A DNA stretch of 63,376 bases, counting the filler, from Ministeria vibrans ATCC 50519 (lineage: Eukaryota; Protista; Filasterea), in NCBI GenBank assembly GCA_943704425.1. It is 5 parts of 5 records of this genome, joined end to end, with 100 filler letters (N's around TTAATTAATTAA, not from the genome) between each part and the next. Parts side by side here need not be neighbours in the genome. Positions count along the whole stretch, not along the records: positions 23,036 to 54,859 come from CALSCP010001971.1; positions 54,960 to 59,580 come from CALSCP010000151.1; positions 59,681 to 62,156 come from CALSCP010000249.1; positions 62,257 to 63,376 come from CALSCP010002387.1; 1 more part is not named here. One strand, 5' to 3'. Under the pieces are notes generated by a model that was given only the letters and a program-made list of their open reading frames with translations, had not been told where the DNA came from and searched no databases. The position numbers and the translations under genes were made by a program. This document shows positions 54,140-63,376 of this stretch, piece after piece; the first letter of the stretch is position 1, and every line of letters begins with the position of its first letter.

Positions 54140-54682
54140 TCACTTCCATTTTGCACTTGGCGGACGCGACGAACCCGCAGTCGACACGCGCGACACTGAC
54201 GCCCGCGACTGCGCACCTGTGACACTGCCACTCGTCGACGGTGCTCTATCAGCCTTGGACATACCACTGCCGGCAATAGAAAGCGACGAAGGTGCGGCAA
54301 CCGGTCGACTCGCGCTCGCACCCCCCTTCTTCACTCGTCGGCCGCTTACAGTGCTTGTGGCACGACTTGTCGACGAGAACACACTTCGTTGACTACGAGC
54401 ACTCTCGGTCCGACTCCCATCGACAGACGACAACGAAGCCAACGATGGCGCAGTGATCGTTGCTGCCGAAGGCACACGCGATGCTGTACGACTCGTTGTT
54501 GTCGTCAGCTCCACACCCGCCTGGCCGCACAGCGTGCCCACCAGTTCCACCATGCCACCCCCGTGCTTCTCGCTCGTCCGCTGCAACCCTTCCACCACCT
54601 TCGCGCGCACCAAACGTTGTTCCTTCACCTCACACTCCTTCTCGTCAACCGTTTCACTCTCAACCTTCCGCAACGCTCGAAT
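54140..54682 (-). CDS. Terminal exon of an unknown protein (Ser/Thr-rich tail)
   Basis: Open frame downstream of a CAG acceptor, ending at a stop; 5' part lost at contig edge. Confidence 0.5.
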   Translation of the reverse strand: MRALRKVESETVDEKECEVKEQRLVRAKVVEGLQRTSEKHGGGMVELVGTLCGQAGVELTTTTSRTASRVPSAATITAPSLASLSSVDGSRTESARSQRSVFSSTSRATSTVSGRRVKKGGASASRPVAAPSSLSIAGSGMSKADRAPSTSGSVTGAQSRASVSRVSTAGSSRPPSAKWK

Positions 54683-54751
54683 CTGTCAAAAACAAAAAGA
54701 ATAAATTTAATAATATAAAATTAATTATTATTATTATTATTAAATAATTTA

Positions 54752-54859
<108 letters not shown>

Positions 54860-54959
54860 NNNNNNNNNNNNNNNNNNNNNNNNNNNNNNNNNNNNNNNNN
54901 NNNTTAATTAATTAANNNNNNNNNNNNNNNNNNNNNNNNNNNNNNNNNNNNNNNNNNNN
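54860..54959. other. Artificial contig join
   Basis: N44-TTAATTAATTAA-N44. Confidence 0.95.
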
Positions 54960-54960
54960 A

Positions 54961-57078
54961 CCGCGACGCGGGGTGACCAAACCTCCGCGCAAGCGACACC
55001 ACAACCCCTCCGTCCCAATGGAGTTCGAGGCGAGCAGCAGCACCTCGGGCACGGCCGAGTCCTTTTACGACAACTCGAGCAGTTCACAGGAGGATGGCAA
55101 CTCGGAGGGACAGGTGGGCAATGACGATGGGAGTGACTCCATCAATGACATGTGCCTCTCTGAGCTGGACCTTGTGAACGAAGGTAACGAAGCGGCTAAG
55201 CAAGAGGCGGGCCTCGACTCTGCACTGAACGAGGTGACGGCAACAAAGATCCTCGATGGGGCGCCTAATAAGCTGGCGGAGCTCGTGGGTTGGCTGGAAG
55301 AGCACACTGTGGGTGGAAAGCTAGAAAGCTGGAAGCAGGCAGCTGGGGGGAAGATCAAAGTGACGCTTGCCGGAACCAAGTGCGTGTTCGGCAATGAGCA
55401 CGACCCTCGCCAGCCCTGTTGTGTCTCCCTCACTAACAAAAATAGCCAAATACGCGCGACGGTTGGGTGCAGCGGGGATGCCTGCAAGAAGAACAGCCTC
55501 AAGTTGCTCTGGGATGGTAAGAAAAGCTGCTGGGCTAAGAAGCCACGATCGCGTCGGACGCGCACCCCTCTTGACTCCCTTCTCGATCACGAGGAGAGTG
55601 GAGCAGCAGGAGCAAGTGGGTCGGGCAGCGCCGACGATGAGAGTGACCTACCCCTCTTGAGTGCCGCCAAGCGTATCTTCGACCGGCGCTACTTTGTCAC
55701 GCCACAGGGCAGTGGAACTTACGTGGTGGAGCCCGACTGCTTCAACCCTGAGCAAGAGGTCATGTACACACGAATCATGACCGTTACAGAGTTCCTTGCG
55801 TACACGGCGCGTCAGTGGGCTACATCGCGTCAAAGCGGCAGCGACGAGGAGGAGGATGAGGGGAGCACACAACGACGCGTGTCAGTGGGTCCAGTGTGGC
55901 TCATACACCCAAAGACCCGACAAGTCGCCGGCCTCATCATGGACCCCGCCATCGCGCCAGGCTTTGGTACAAAGGCCATTGCAGTGCCCACAGCAGAGGC
56001 GCGTACCAAGTACCCCAATGGCGTCACCGTCTACAACATGTGGCGTGGCTTGGCCGTGCAGCCAAAGGAGGGAGACTGGAGTCTCATTGACAAGCACATC
56101 CGTGAGGGTGTTGCCAATGGCAAGCCGGCCGTGTACGAGTACCTGCTCAACTGGGTCGCGCACCTTGTGCAACGGCCAGAGAAGAAGTTGAAGGTTGCCA
56201 TTGTACTCCAGGGAGATCAGGGAAAGGGTAAAGGTGCGTTCATCAAGGACACCGTGGGCGCGCTGTTCGGCTCGCACCACTTTGTCCAAATTGTACGAGC
56301 CGAGCAAGTGACGGGCCGCTTCAATGCGGTCCTCAAGGACAAGCTTGTTGTGTTCCTCGACGAGGCGTTCTTTGCCGGCGACAAGAGTCAGACGGGCGTG
56401 CTCAAGGCACTCGTCACGGAGGAGACGCTGCCCCTCGAGCCCAAGGGCAAGGATCCCTTCACTGTGAAGAATCGCATCGCCCTGCTCATGGCATCCAACA
56501 ACGAGTGGGTCGCGCCCATTGAGGTGACAAATCGTCGCTTCTTCATGGTCCAGGTCAACAACGACGCAACCTTCCTGACACCAGACTACTTTAATGCGCT
56601 CTACAAGCAGATTGAGGGCGATGGACTTGCGGCATTCCTGCATGCCATGCTCGCACGTGACATCACCGACTTTGACCCGCGCGCATTCCCTCGTACGGAC
56701 ACGGAAGCTTTTGAGTGGGACAACTTGCTGCGCACTGCGAGTCCGGAGATGCGTTTCATGTATGAGTACCTGAAGGAGGCCGACGACGCTGGGCTGACGT
56801 GGGCCGGGGAGCACTGTGTGCAGAAGGGCCAGCTGTACAGCGAATTTCTCGACAAAACAAACGCCTCGCGACAGTACCATCCCGAGTCTGCTGTGCACAA
56901 GAAGTTTCTGCAGTATGTCGCGATGGAGACGGTGAAGGAGACGATCGACATATACGAGCAGAGTGGCAGGAAGACGACGCGGCGTGTCAACTCGTTTAGA
57001 TTCCCACCTCTCGCCGAGTGCCGCCGCCAGTTCGAGAAGGCGGTCAACAAGAGAGCTAAGACGCTGTGGGACGACTAG
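54961..57078 (+). CDS. Intronless SF3 (D5/DUF5906-like) primase-associated helicase with upstream Zn ribbon; probably viral or mobile; 5' end open
   Basis: YLLNWVAHLVQRP; Walker A GDQGKGKG; GRFN; Walker B VVFLDEA; LKALVTE; EPKGKD; motif C MASNN; arginine finger RRFF; C-x5-H...C-x4-C upstream. Confidence 0.88.
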   Translation, partial: PRRGVTKPPRKRHHNPSVPMEFEASSSTSGTAESFYDNSSSSQEDGNSEGQVGNDDGSDSINDMCLSELDLVNEGNEAAKQEAGLDSALNEVTATKILDGAPNKLAELVGWLEEHTVGGKLESWKQAAGGKIKVTLAGTKCVFGNEHDPRQPCCVSLTNKNSQIRATVGCSGDACKKNSLKLLWDGKKSCWAKKPRSRRTRTPLDSLLDHEESGAAGASGSGSADDESDLPLLSAAKRIFDRRYFVTPQGSGTYVVEPDCFNPEQEVMYTRIMTVTEFLAYTARQWATSRQSGSDEEEDEGSTQRRVSVGPVWLIHPKTRQVAGLIMDPAIAPGFGTKAIAVPTAEARTKYPNGVTVYNMWRGLAVQPKEGDWSLIDKHIREGVANGKPAVYEYLLNWVAHLVQRPEKKLKVAIVLQGDQGKGKGAFIKDTVGALFGSHHFVQIVRAEQVTGRFNAVLKDKLVVFLDEAFFAGDKSQTGVLKALVTEETLPLEPKGKDPFTVKNRIALLMASNNEWVAPIEVTNRRFFMVQVNNDATFLTPDYFNALYKQIEGDGLAAFLHAMLARDITDFDPRAFPRTDTEAFEWDNLLRTASPEMRFMYEYLKEADDAGLTWAGEHCVQKGQLYSEFLDKTNASRQYHPESAVHKKFLQYVAMETVKETIDIYEQSGRKTTRRVNSFRFPPLAECRRQFEKAVNKRAKTLWDD

Positions 57079-57081
57079 TAT

Positions 57082-57083
<2 letters not shown>

Positions 57084-57170
<87 letters not shown>

Positions 57171-57175
57171 TTTGT

Positions 57176-57212
<37 letters not shown>
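57084..57212 (+). repeat. (GT)n microsatellite
   Basis: Directly visible. Confidence 0.95.
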
Positions 57213-57213
<1 letters not shown>

Positions 57214-57220
57214 TCCCTGT

Positions 57221-57779
57221 CTCTCTACGCACACACGCACACAATTAAATTAATCAATGCAAGTGGAAAATTGTGGAAAACTAAACAGGAGAAAGTTCGG
57301 AGAAAGACGCGGCGGAGAGAAGCAGGACCAAACCAGTGTAATCGTTTCATCTGCCTTGCCCTCTCCCTTGCACGGCTATGAATAGCTGGTACCAGCTCAC
57401 TCCGGCGAATGAGGGGCGCATGTGTGCACCCTGCCCCAGTCGATCGGCGGATTGTGTTCCTTGGAAGGCAGCACTTCGGCAGCGGCACGCGGGCCATCAC
57501 TGTAATATCCAAACTACTTTTCTACACTTGCTACAGCTAAGGTTCAGTCGGCCCACCGGGCACTGACTCACTCAATACGCGAACATGTCGCAAGGGTCGG
57601 TATGTCTTGTGTCTTTTTCCTCGCTCTCTCCCTCTCTTCCAGGAAGTCTGGGTATGAAGCTTGATAGCTGTGCACAAAATGCTGTGCCACAGAAGAGTGT
57701 GCAGACAACGCTCCACTATAGTTTTCCACAATTTCACTTGTATTGAGTGTTTTCTCTGTGTGCGTATGTGTGTAGAGAG
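57221..57779. mobile_element. Putative MITE-like element with imperfect ~60-bp terminal inverted repeats
   Basis: Left CTCTCTACGCACACACGCACACA..TCAATGCAAGTGGAAAATTGTGGAAAACTA (57221-57283); right, reverse-complemented, CTCTCTACACACATACGCACACA..TCAATACAAGTGAAATTGTGGAAAACTA (57719-57779). Confidence 0.5.
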
Positions 57780-57808
57780 GGAAAGAGAGATAAAGAGGAG
57801 AAAGAGAC

Positions 57809-57905
<97 letters not shown>

Positions 57906-58192
57906 AAGTGATAGAGAGAGAGGCAAAGTGATAGAGAGAGAGACAAAGTGATAGAGAGAAAGACAAAGTGATAGAGAGANNNNNNNNNNNNNNNNNNNNN
58001 NNNNNNNNNNNNNNNNNNNNNNNNNNNNNNNNNNNNNNNNNNNNNNNNNNNNNNNNNNNNNNNNNNNNNNNNNNNNGACAAAAGTGATAGAGAGAGACAA
58101 AGTGATAAAGAGAAAGACAAAGTGATACAGAGGGGAAGAGCAGTCGATAAGTCTACAGACATGCACAACAGAGTCGCATGCCGGGCGCTCAC

Positions 58193-58440
58193 CTGCATTT
58201 TCGTCTTGATCGTGTCAAGTGGATGCCCTACACAGACGCAAGGTGTCAGCAGCGCCACCGGTGCTCTCCCCTCGCCATCAAACCAATAATCACGCTTGTC
58301 GTCCCGTACGTGATGCCGGCTACACCACAGACACGCCATCAAAGGGTTAGGCGGAGTAGTAAGCGTCGTGGTTGCATCGTACCGGCGAATCCTATTAAAC
58401 CCTCTTTGATCCACGTATCTCGTTTCTCCGTATGCGTCAT
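58193..58440 (-). CDS. Mitochondrial carrier family protein, first three exons only
   Basis: MTHTEKRDTWIKEGLIGFA|GITYGTTSVII|GHPLDTIKTKMQ (PxDxxK signature); no downstream exons visible. Confidence 0.7.
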
Positions 58441-58606
58441 TTCGAGTACTCCCGACGCTGCACACACCCTTCAAAGTACACTCTCTACTAAAAAGTGAAA
58501 GAAAGAAAGACAAGAAATAACTTATGATAAATGATGATTGATGATCGAAAGAAAATGTGCAAAAGTCAAAAAGTCAAAAATCAAATTTTTTTTTCAACAT
58601 TACATT

Positions 58607-59475
58607 ATGATGCTCCTTAGAACACTGGCTCGCTCACCAGCGGCGAGAAGCACGTCGGCGATGAGGGCGGCCTTGCGACCCGTTGCGGCGCGGGCCTACA
58701 GCGAGCATGCCCCGTCAAAGACCGCTCCAGCGCAAGCGACGTCTCTGCGGCCCTTTTCCGAGGTCGGCACCGACGGCGAGATCATCGACCCGGACAAACA
58801 GGGCGCCTCGACGACAATGACGTACGCTTTTGCCCTCTCTCTTGACCAAAATGCTTTTTTTTCTTCTTCTTTTTCGTTTCTTCTCACTTTTCGCCTTAGT
58901 TGGGAACAATATTTCCTTGACAAGCCCATGTACATGCGCGTGTGGGATGTGAAAGAGGAGAGGGATAAGCAAAGATTACAGGATATCGAAGATGGGTAAG
59001 AGAGAACGGCTCAAAAAAACGAATTTTCAACTGTTTTTTTTGACGATTTTTGCATTACACAGCAAGATCAACTCGGAGGAGAGCGATGCTATCCTGGAGG
59101 AGCTGTTTTGCGTGATTGACAGAAACGAGGCACCGAGCGAGGCTCTTCTGGAGAAGGTGCTTACGCATCTGATGGTACGTCTCATGAGTGAGTAGTGTGT
59201 GTGTGTGTGTGAGTGTGAGTGTGTGTGTATGAGTGTGTGTGTGTCTTCTGTTGCTGACTGTTGCGCCACTCTTCTTTTAGAAATCAAACTTCTACCTTGA
59301 AGTCAAGCATGTGATGCGCGAAATCGATGAGAACGAAGCTTCTTTGAGCGTTAAATTTAGAGTATGGGAATTGACTGAGAGAGTGACACATTTGTCTCAT
59401 TTGTGATTGTGGTAGGAATCGGTGAATGCGTACCTGGTGAAGCGGCATGCGGAGTGGTTGGCAGATGGAAAGTAG
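58607..59475 (+). CDS. Unknown protein with a mitochondrial-type presequence, 5 exons
   Basis: Arg/Ser/Ala-rich N-terminus ending ARAYS; frame-consistent GT-AG introns to a TAG. Confidence 0.65.
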
Positions 59476-59580
59476 TGCTAGTGCGAGTACACACTTGGGG
59501 GAGTTTTTAATTGGCATTATATTTTAACGTCTATGTTGTTACAAGATGCGCTACCCAATGCGACTTATTTGTCTCTCCAT

Positions 59581-59680
59581 NNNNNNNNNNNNNNNNNNNN
59601 NNNNNNNNNNNNNNNNNNNNNNNNTTAATTAATTAANNNNNNNNNNNNNNNNNNNNNNNNNNNNNNNNNNNNNNNNNNNN
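59581..59680. other. Artificial contig join
   Basis: N44-TTAATTAATTAA-N44. Confidence 0.95.
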
Positions 59681-59868
59681 GTGTGTGTGTGAGTGAGTGA
59701 GTGAGAAGGGAGAGAGAAAGAAGGGAGAGAAACAAAATTGATAGACAAAGTGATAGACAAAGTGAAAGACAAAGCGAAAGACAAAGTGAAAGACAAATGG
59801 AAGACAAAGTGAAACACAAAGTGATAGACAAAGGGATAGAAACAAAGTGATAGAGAGAGACGATTTAC

Positions 59869-60797
59869 CTGTGAGGCTCGCGCACTGATTTGCTCATGTG
59901 GGCTCTCCATAAGCTCAATGAGCATTGTAAACAGCTGAAACTGCATTCCAGGGGCATTGTCACTGTCAGCGGTTGTGTTTCGGGTTGCTTGTGCGTCGCT
60001 TTGCAGAGTCTTGCGTGGCGACGCGCCTTCGGGAACCCGTTGGGCAGCTGCCCGCGCTTGCTTCAGATCAATGAGGAAGAAATCCAAAATGGATTCGCAC
60101 TGTAAAAGAAACATGGATACAAAAGAGAAATGAGTTGGCTTTGCGGGGGAAGGGGAGTGCGATACCGAGACTATGTTGGAGACGATGGCGGAGAGGAAGG
60201 CAAGCAGCGGGCCTTCCATGTCGGGGTCTTTTGCGTCACAGTGGCGCATCATTCGTTGGACTGGACGATGGACACAGGCTTGGGGCAAAAGCTGCTGGTC
60301 GAGGTGGAGTATTTGCGTGAGGATGTCGATGACTTTGCGCTTCACGCCGGTCGGTTGCTATCGAAAAAACAGCAAAAGACCATCAACCGTTAAAAAAGCG
60401 CACCAAGACAACGCCTGCGTGCCGTACGTCGTTCTGGCCCAGTGCCACCATGGTGTCGAGCAGCTTCTTCCCGATCATGTACTCCACACACGGTCCCATT
60501 TCGCCTCGCTCCTTTTCGTCACGAACAAGAATCTAACAGAGGTGTTGTTCTGCCGTGTGAGGGCGTGCGCCGGGCCGGTCCACGCGCAGCAGGGGACAGT
60601 ACCTTGACAAACCTATCGAGGGAGTCTGCAATGGGCGCGCCCTTCTCAAGCGGCGGAGTTTGCGCCGTTTCATTGAACTGTTGCAAGAAAAACTTCCAAT
60701 TGTCGACAAACTCGTCAATGGCGGGTCGCTGTGGTGCGGCCACTGCATCGGCAAAAGCCTTTGATAGTTTGTTGGTTGCTTTGCTCAACCACGCCAT
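59869..60797 (-). CDS. FHIP/FAM160 (RAI16-like, FHF complex) N-terminal part
   Basis: ILVRDEKERGEMGPCVEYM..KLLDTMVALG..PTGVKRKV..LLPQACVHRPVQRM; truncated at contig edge. Confidence 0.75.
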
Positions 60798-61615
60798 TGT
60801 GAATAATATTAATATAATAATATGAGTAATAATTGGGTTGTGATAATTGAACTGATGAACCTGTCATTCCGGATGATCTTCCTGCATTGTCTGGTTCTCT
60901 GTCGCGCAATTGGCACCCACCCCCCCCCCCGCCAGTCATTAGACGCGTCAAGTACCTCTGAAGCCAGTGTCGTCGTCTGCAAGCGAGCAGTGCGCTAGTT
61001 CTGTTGTGGTCGACAAGAGAGTGATCGTTGCTGCACACGCGTACGCCATTGCGACCCATCGCCACCGCCCGTGGACGATCAGACACCCATCGTGTATTCC
61101 AACACGCCTGCCAAGCCGGTAGTGCCGCGTCCTTGCCTGATCACTTCTTTCTTTCTTTAATACAGTCACTGCGACTTTTTTTTTTTGTTGATTCGACGAT
61201 TGAGTCTAAAAAATTTCAACTTTTTTTTCTGAGTGAAACTTGTGAAAACTCGAAAGAACCACGCGGCGCAAACCTTTCTACAGGGACTGAACCGAGGTAA
61301 GCAAGCGTGTGGCGCCGGGGGGAGAGTGTGCGTAAGCGATTTTGCTTTCTTTTTGCAATATCGTGACGAAAGAGAAAAAAATTTTTTTGTAACGAAATGT
61401 CACGGTTGGACGACAAGCGGGCCTCTAATCGCGAGGTTGTTGTGGCGCACATGCTCCAGCCCATGCGTGCACACTACTCCCGCCGATGATATACTTGCTG
61501 ACGGGCGTCTTTGCTGTTTTTCAAGCGAACTCAGCCCCCGGCATTCCCAAAAAAAAAAGCAGCAAGAAAAAAAACGCCGAAGGGGCGAGAGCTGAGTGAA
61601 ACGAGCGACAAGAAG

Positions 61616-62130
61616 ATGGAAGCGTTTGGATATCCGGCGTGGTGGACGCCGCCGCAGAGCGAGCGCAAGGCTGCACAGGCGCCCGTGGCATTGCCGTTTC
61701 AGAGTGGCAATGTCGACGCTGGCCGTCGCGCCTGCCGCAAGCTCCTGGCGCGCGACACGGGCTCGCCGGGCGGCACGGGGCAGGAGAATGTCGCCGACGC
61801 CTCTTGGCGGTCGCCGCGGGGCTCGCCGGCGTCGTTTTCCAGTGCGATTCCGACCGCGTCGCCCTTCCGCTCACTGGCATGCAGCGACGCGGATGTCTAC
61901 GACGGCGCACAGGCCCTCATGGCCCTCCGGAACACCCCGTCCCCGTCCCTTGCACCAGCATCCTCCCCGCCCCACCCCTCCCGCCCTGCCCCTCCTCCTG
62001 CCTCCTCTCCACTCGACACACCAACAAAAATCGCAAAAACTTCTTCGCCAACTTCGACCAGTCCTCTCGTCTCGTCCACACCCACCTCCTCCCTTGTCGT
62101 CAGCGTCTCCCAGTGTGCCGTCCAAATGAG
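61616..62130 (+). CDS. First exon of an unknown Pro/Ser-rich protein (fragment)
   Basis: Open frame with DGAQALMALR, then a GTACG donor before the contig end. Confidence 0.45.
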
Positions 62131-62156
62131 GTACGATCGCCCCCTCTGCCCCCCCC

Positions 62157-62256
62157 NNNNNNNNNNNNNNNNNNNNNNNNNNNNNNNNNNNNNNNNNNNN
62201 TTAATTAATTAANNNNNNNNNNNNNNNNNNNNNNNNNNNNNNNNNNNNNNNNNNNN
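62157..62256. other. Artificial contig join
   Basis: N44-TTAATTAATTAA-N44. Confidence 0.95.
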
Positions 62257-62408
62257 GGGGAGGGGAGGGGGGAGGGGCTTCTCCCTTGGATCATTTGCAG
62301 TGTGATAGTAAGCCCATATATTTTATTATTATCGATTCTCTATTAATTATTTTCTTATTTTTATTAGTTAAGTTACAATGCTCATCTTGTAGTTCTTTAT
62401 TATTGTCT

Positions 62409-63376
62409 TCACCGCTTCTTTGTGTGCTCCTCTACCCACCGGTGCATATGCTCCTTCTCAATGCGCCTCGCCTCCAGAAACTCAGGCGGATCAGCGGGAT
62501 TCGAGAACATCAAGTCAGCATGGTGCGCACCATTGGGAATGATAATGGCCACGACACTCGCACTCTGGTTGGCCAACACTCCACCGCCATGCCAGGGGTC
62601 CAAAAGTCCATTCGAGAAGACAATGTTCGACGCCGCGCGCAGGTCCTTGCCACCCCATGTGATGGTGGCCCACTCAGCGCGTGTCTCCACTCCCCACGTC
62701 TCCTTGCACCCTTTTGCCGTGGCCGCAAGATCAAAAGGTTGTGCTGGCCAGAACCTAGGCAGAGTTGTATGTATGTGTAAGAAAGAGAAAAAAAAAGAGT
62801 TGCTGAGCAACCATAGAATGCTTGCATGTGTACATGTCTTTGCCAAGACCACTCGCAAACGGCTGGACCATTTCAGTGCAATACTGGTAATCCCAAGTGC
62901 CCCTAACGAAACGCACACAAAGAGTGCAAGAGAGATGCATAGTCTATCAGAAGGTACTGATTCGTCGGGTTTTGTTTCTAACAGTCGTACGAGCAGTCGT
63001 TGGCGAGAGAGGAGTCGCGTGCTCTGCGCCACGTTCGACGCGAGCGAGTGGGAGGGGAGTGGAAGCTGGCGGGAGCTCGATACTCGGCCGTAGGGCCATT
63101 GTAAAAGCACTGTACAGTACCTGTGTGATTGTAGAAGACGCCGACAGCGTCACGGACGGCTGAGAGAAGCGCTGCAGGCTCCGCGAAATGTGGGGGGCTG
63201 AGAGGCTCACAGGCAACGCGCATGGGCCACGCGGGAAGGAGACCGTGACCGTGCAGCAGGTACGAGCTTGCGTAGGGAAAGTTGCCCATAGCCAGAGTGC
63301 CCCATGGCTCCTGGATCCAATCAAGGAGTCCCTGTGCCTCCTCCTCCGTCGCGAGAGGCGCGCAGGTGCGGAAGGC
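62409..63376 (-). CDS. PRCP: Lysosomal Pro-X carboxypeptidase (peptidase S28), 3' part
   Basis: AMGNFPYASSYL..LPAWPMRVAC; WDYQYCTEMVQP; ASNIVFSNGLLDPWHGGGV; GAHHADL. Confidence 0.92.

Overview
Intron-rich, gene-dense eukaryotic (probably protist) nuclear DNA using the standard genetic code, with GT-AG introns and many microsatellites. It is not one locus: four 100-nt artificial joins (N44-TTAATTAATTAA-N44) split it into five contigs (1-22935, 23036-54859, 54960-59580, 59681-62156, 62257-63376). About 30 genes or gene fragments can be read by splicing by eye. Most are housekeeping: RanBD protein, PQ-loop transporter, SLC25A44-like carrier, RBR ligase, SEY1, XPO7 fragment, sirtuin, mago nashi, WDR75, UROD, KRI1, AGMO, Akr1-type DHHC, FHIP, PRCP. 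Highlights: (1) an NLR-like gene fusing an MLKL-type four-helix killer domain to an NB-ARC remnant lacking Walker A and to TPRs, head-to-head with a Ser/Thr kinase; (2) an intronless Zn-ribbon plus SF3/D5-like helicase ORF of probable viral or mobile origin, next to a TIR-bounded MITE-like segment; (3) two UGA-selenocysteine glutathione peroxidases with SECIS candidates, missed by the ORF track; (4) a three-unit zinc-finger repeat gene broken by four frameshifts; (5) a penicillin-acylase homolog lacking the nucleophile; (6) a WC-2-like PAS-GATA factor. All family calls come from motif recognition, not database searches, and exon boundaries are approximate.
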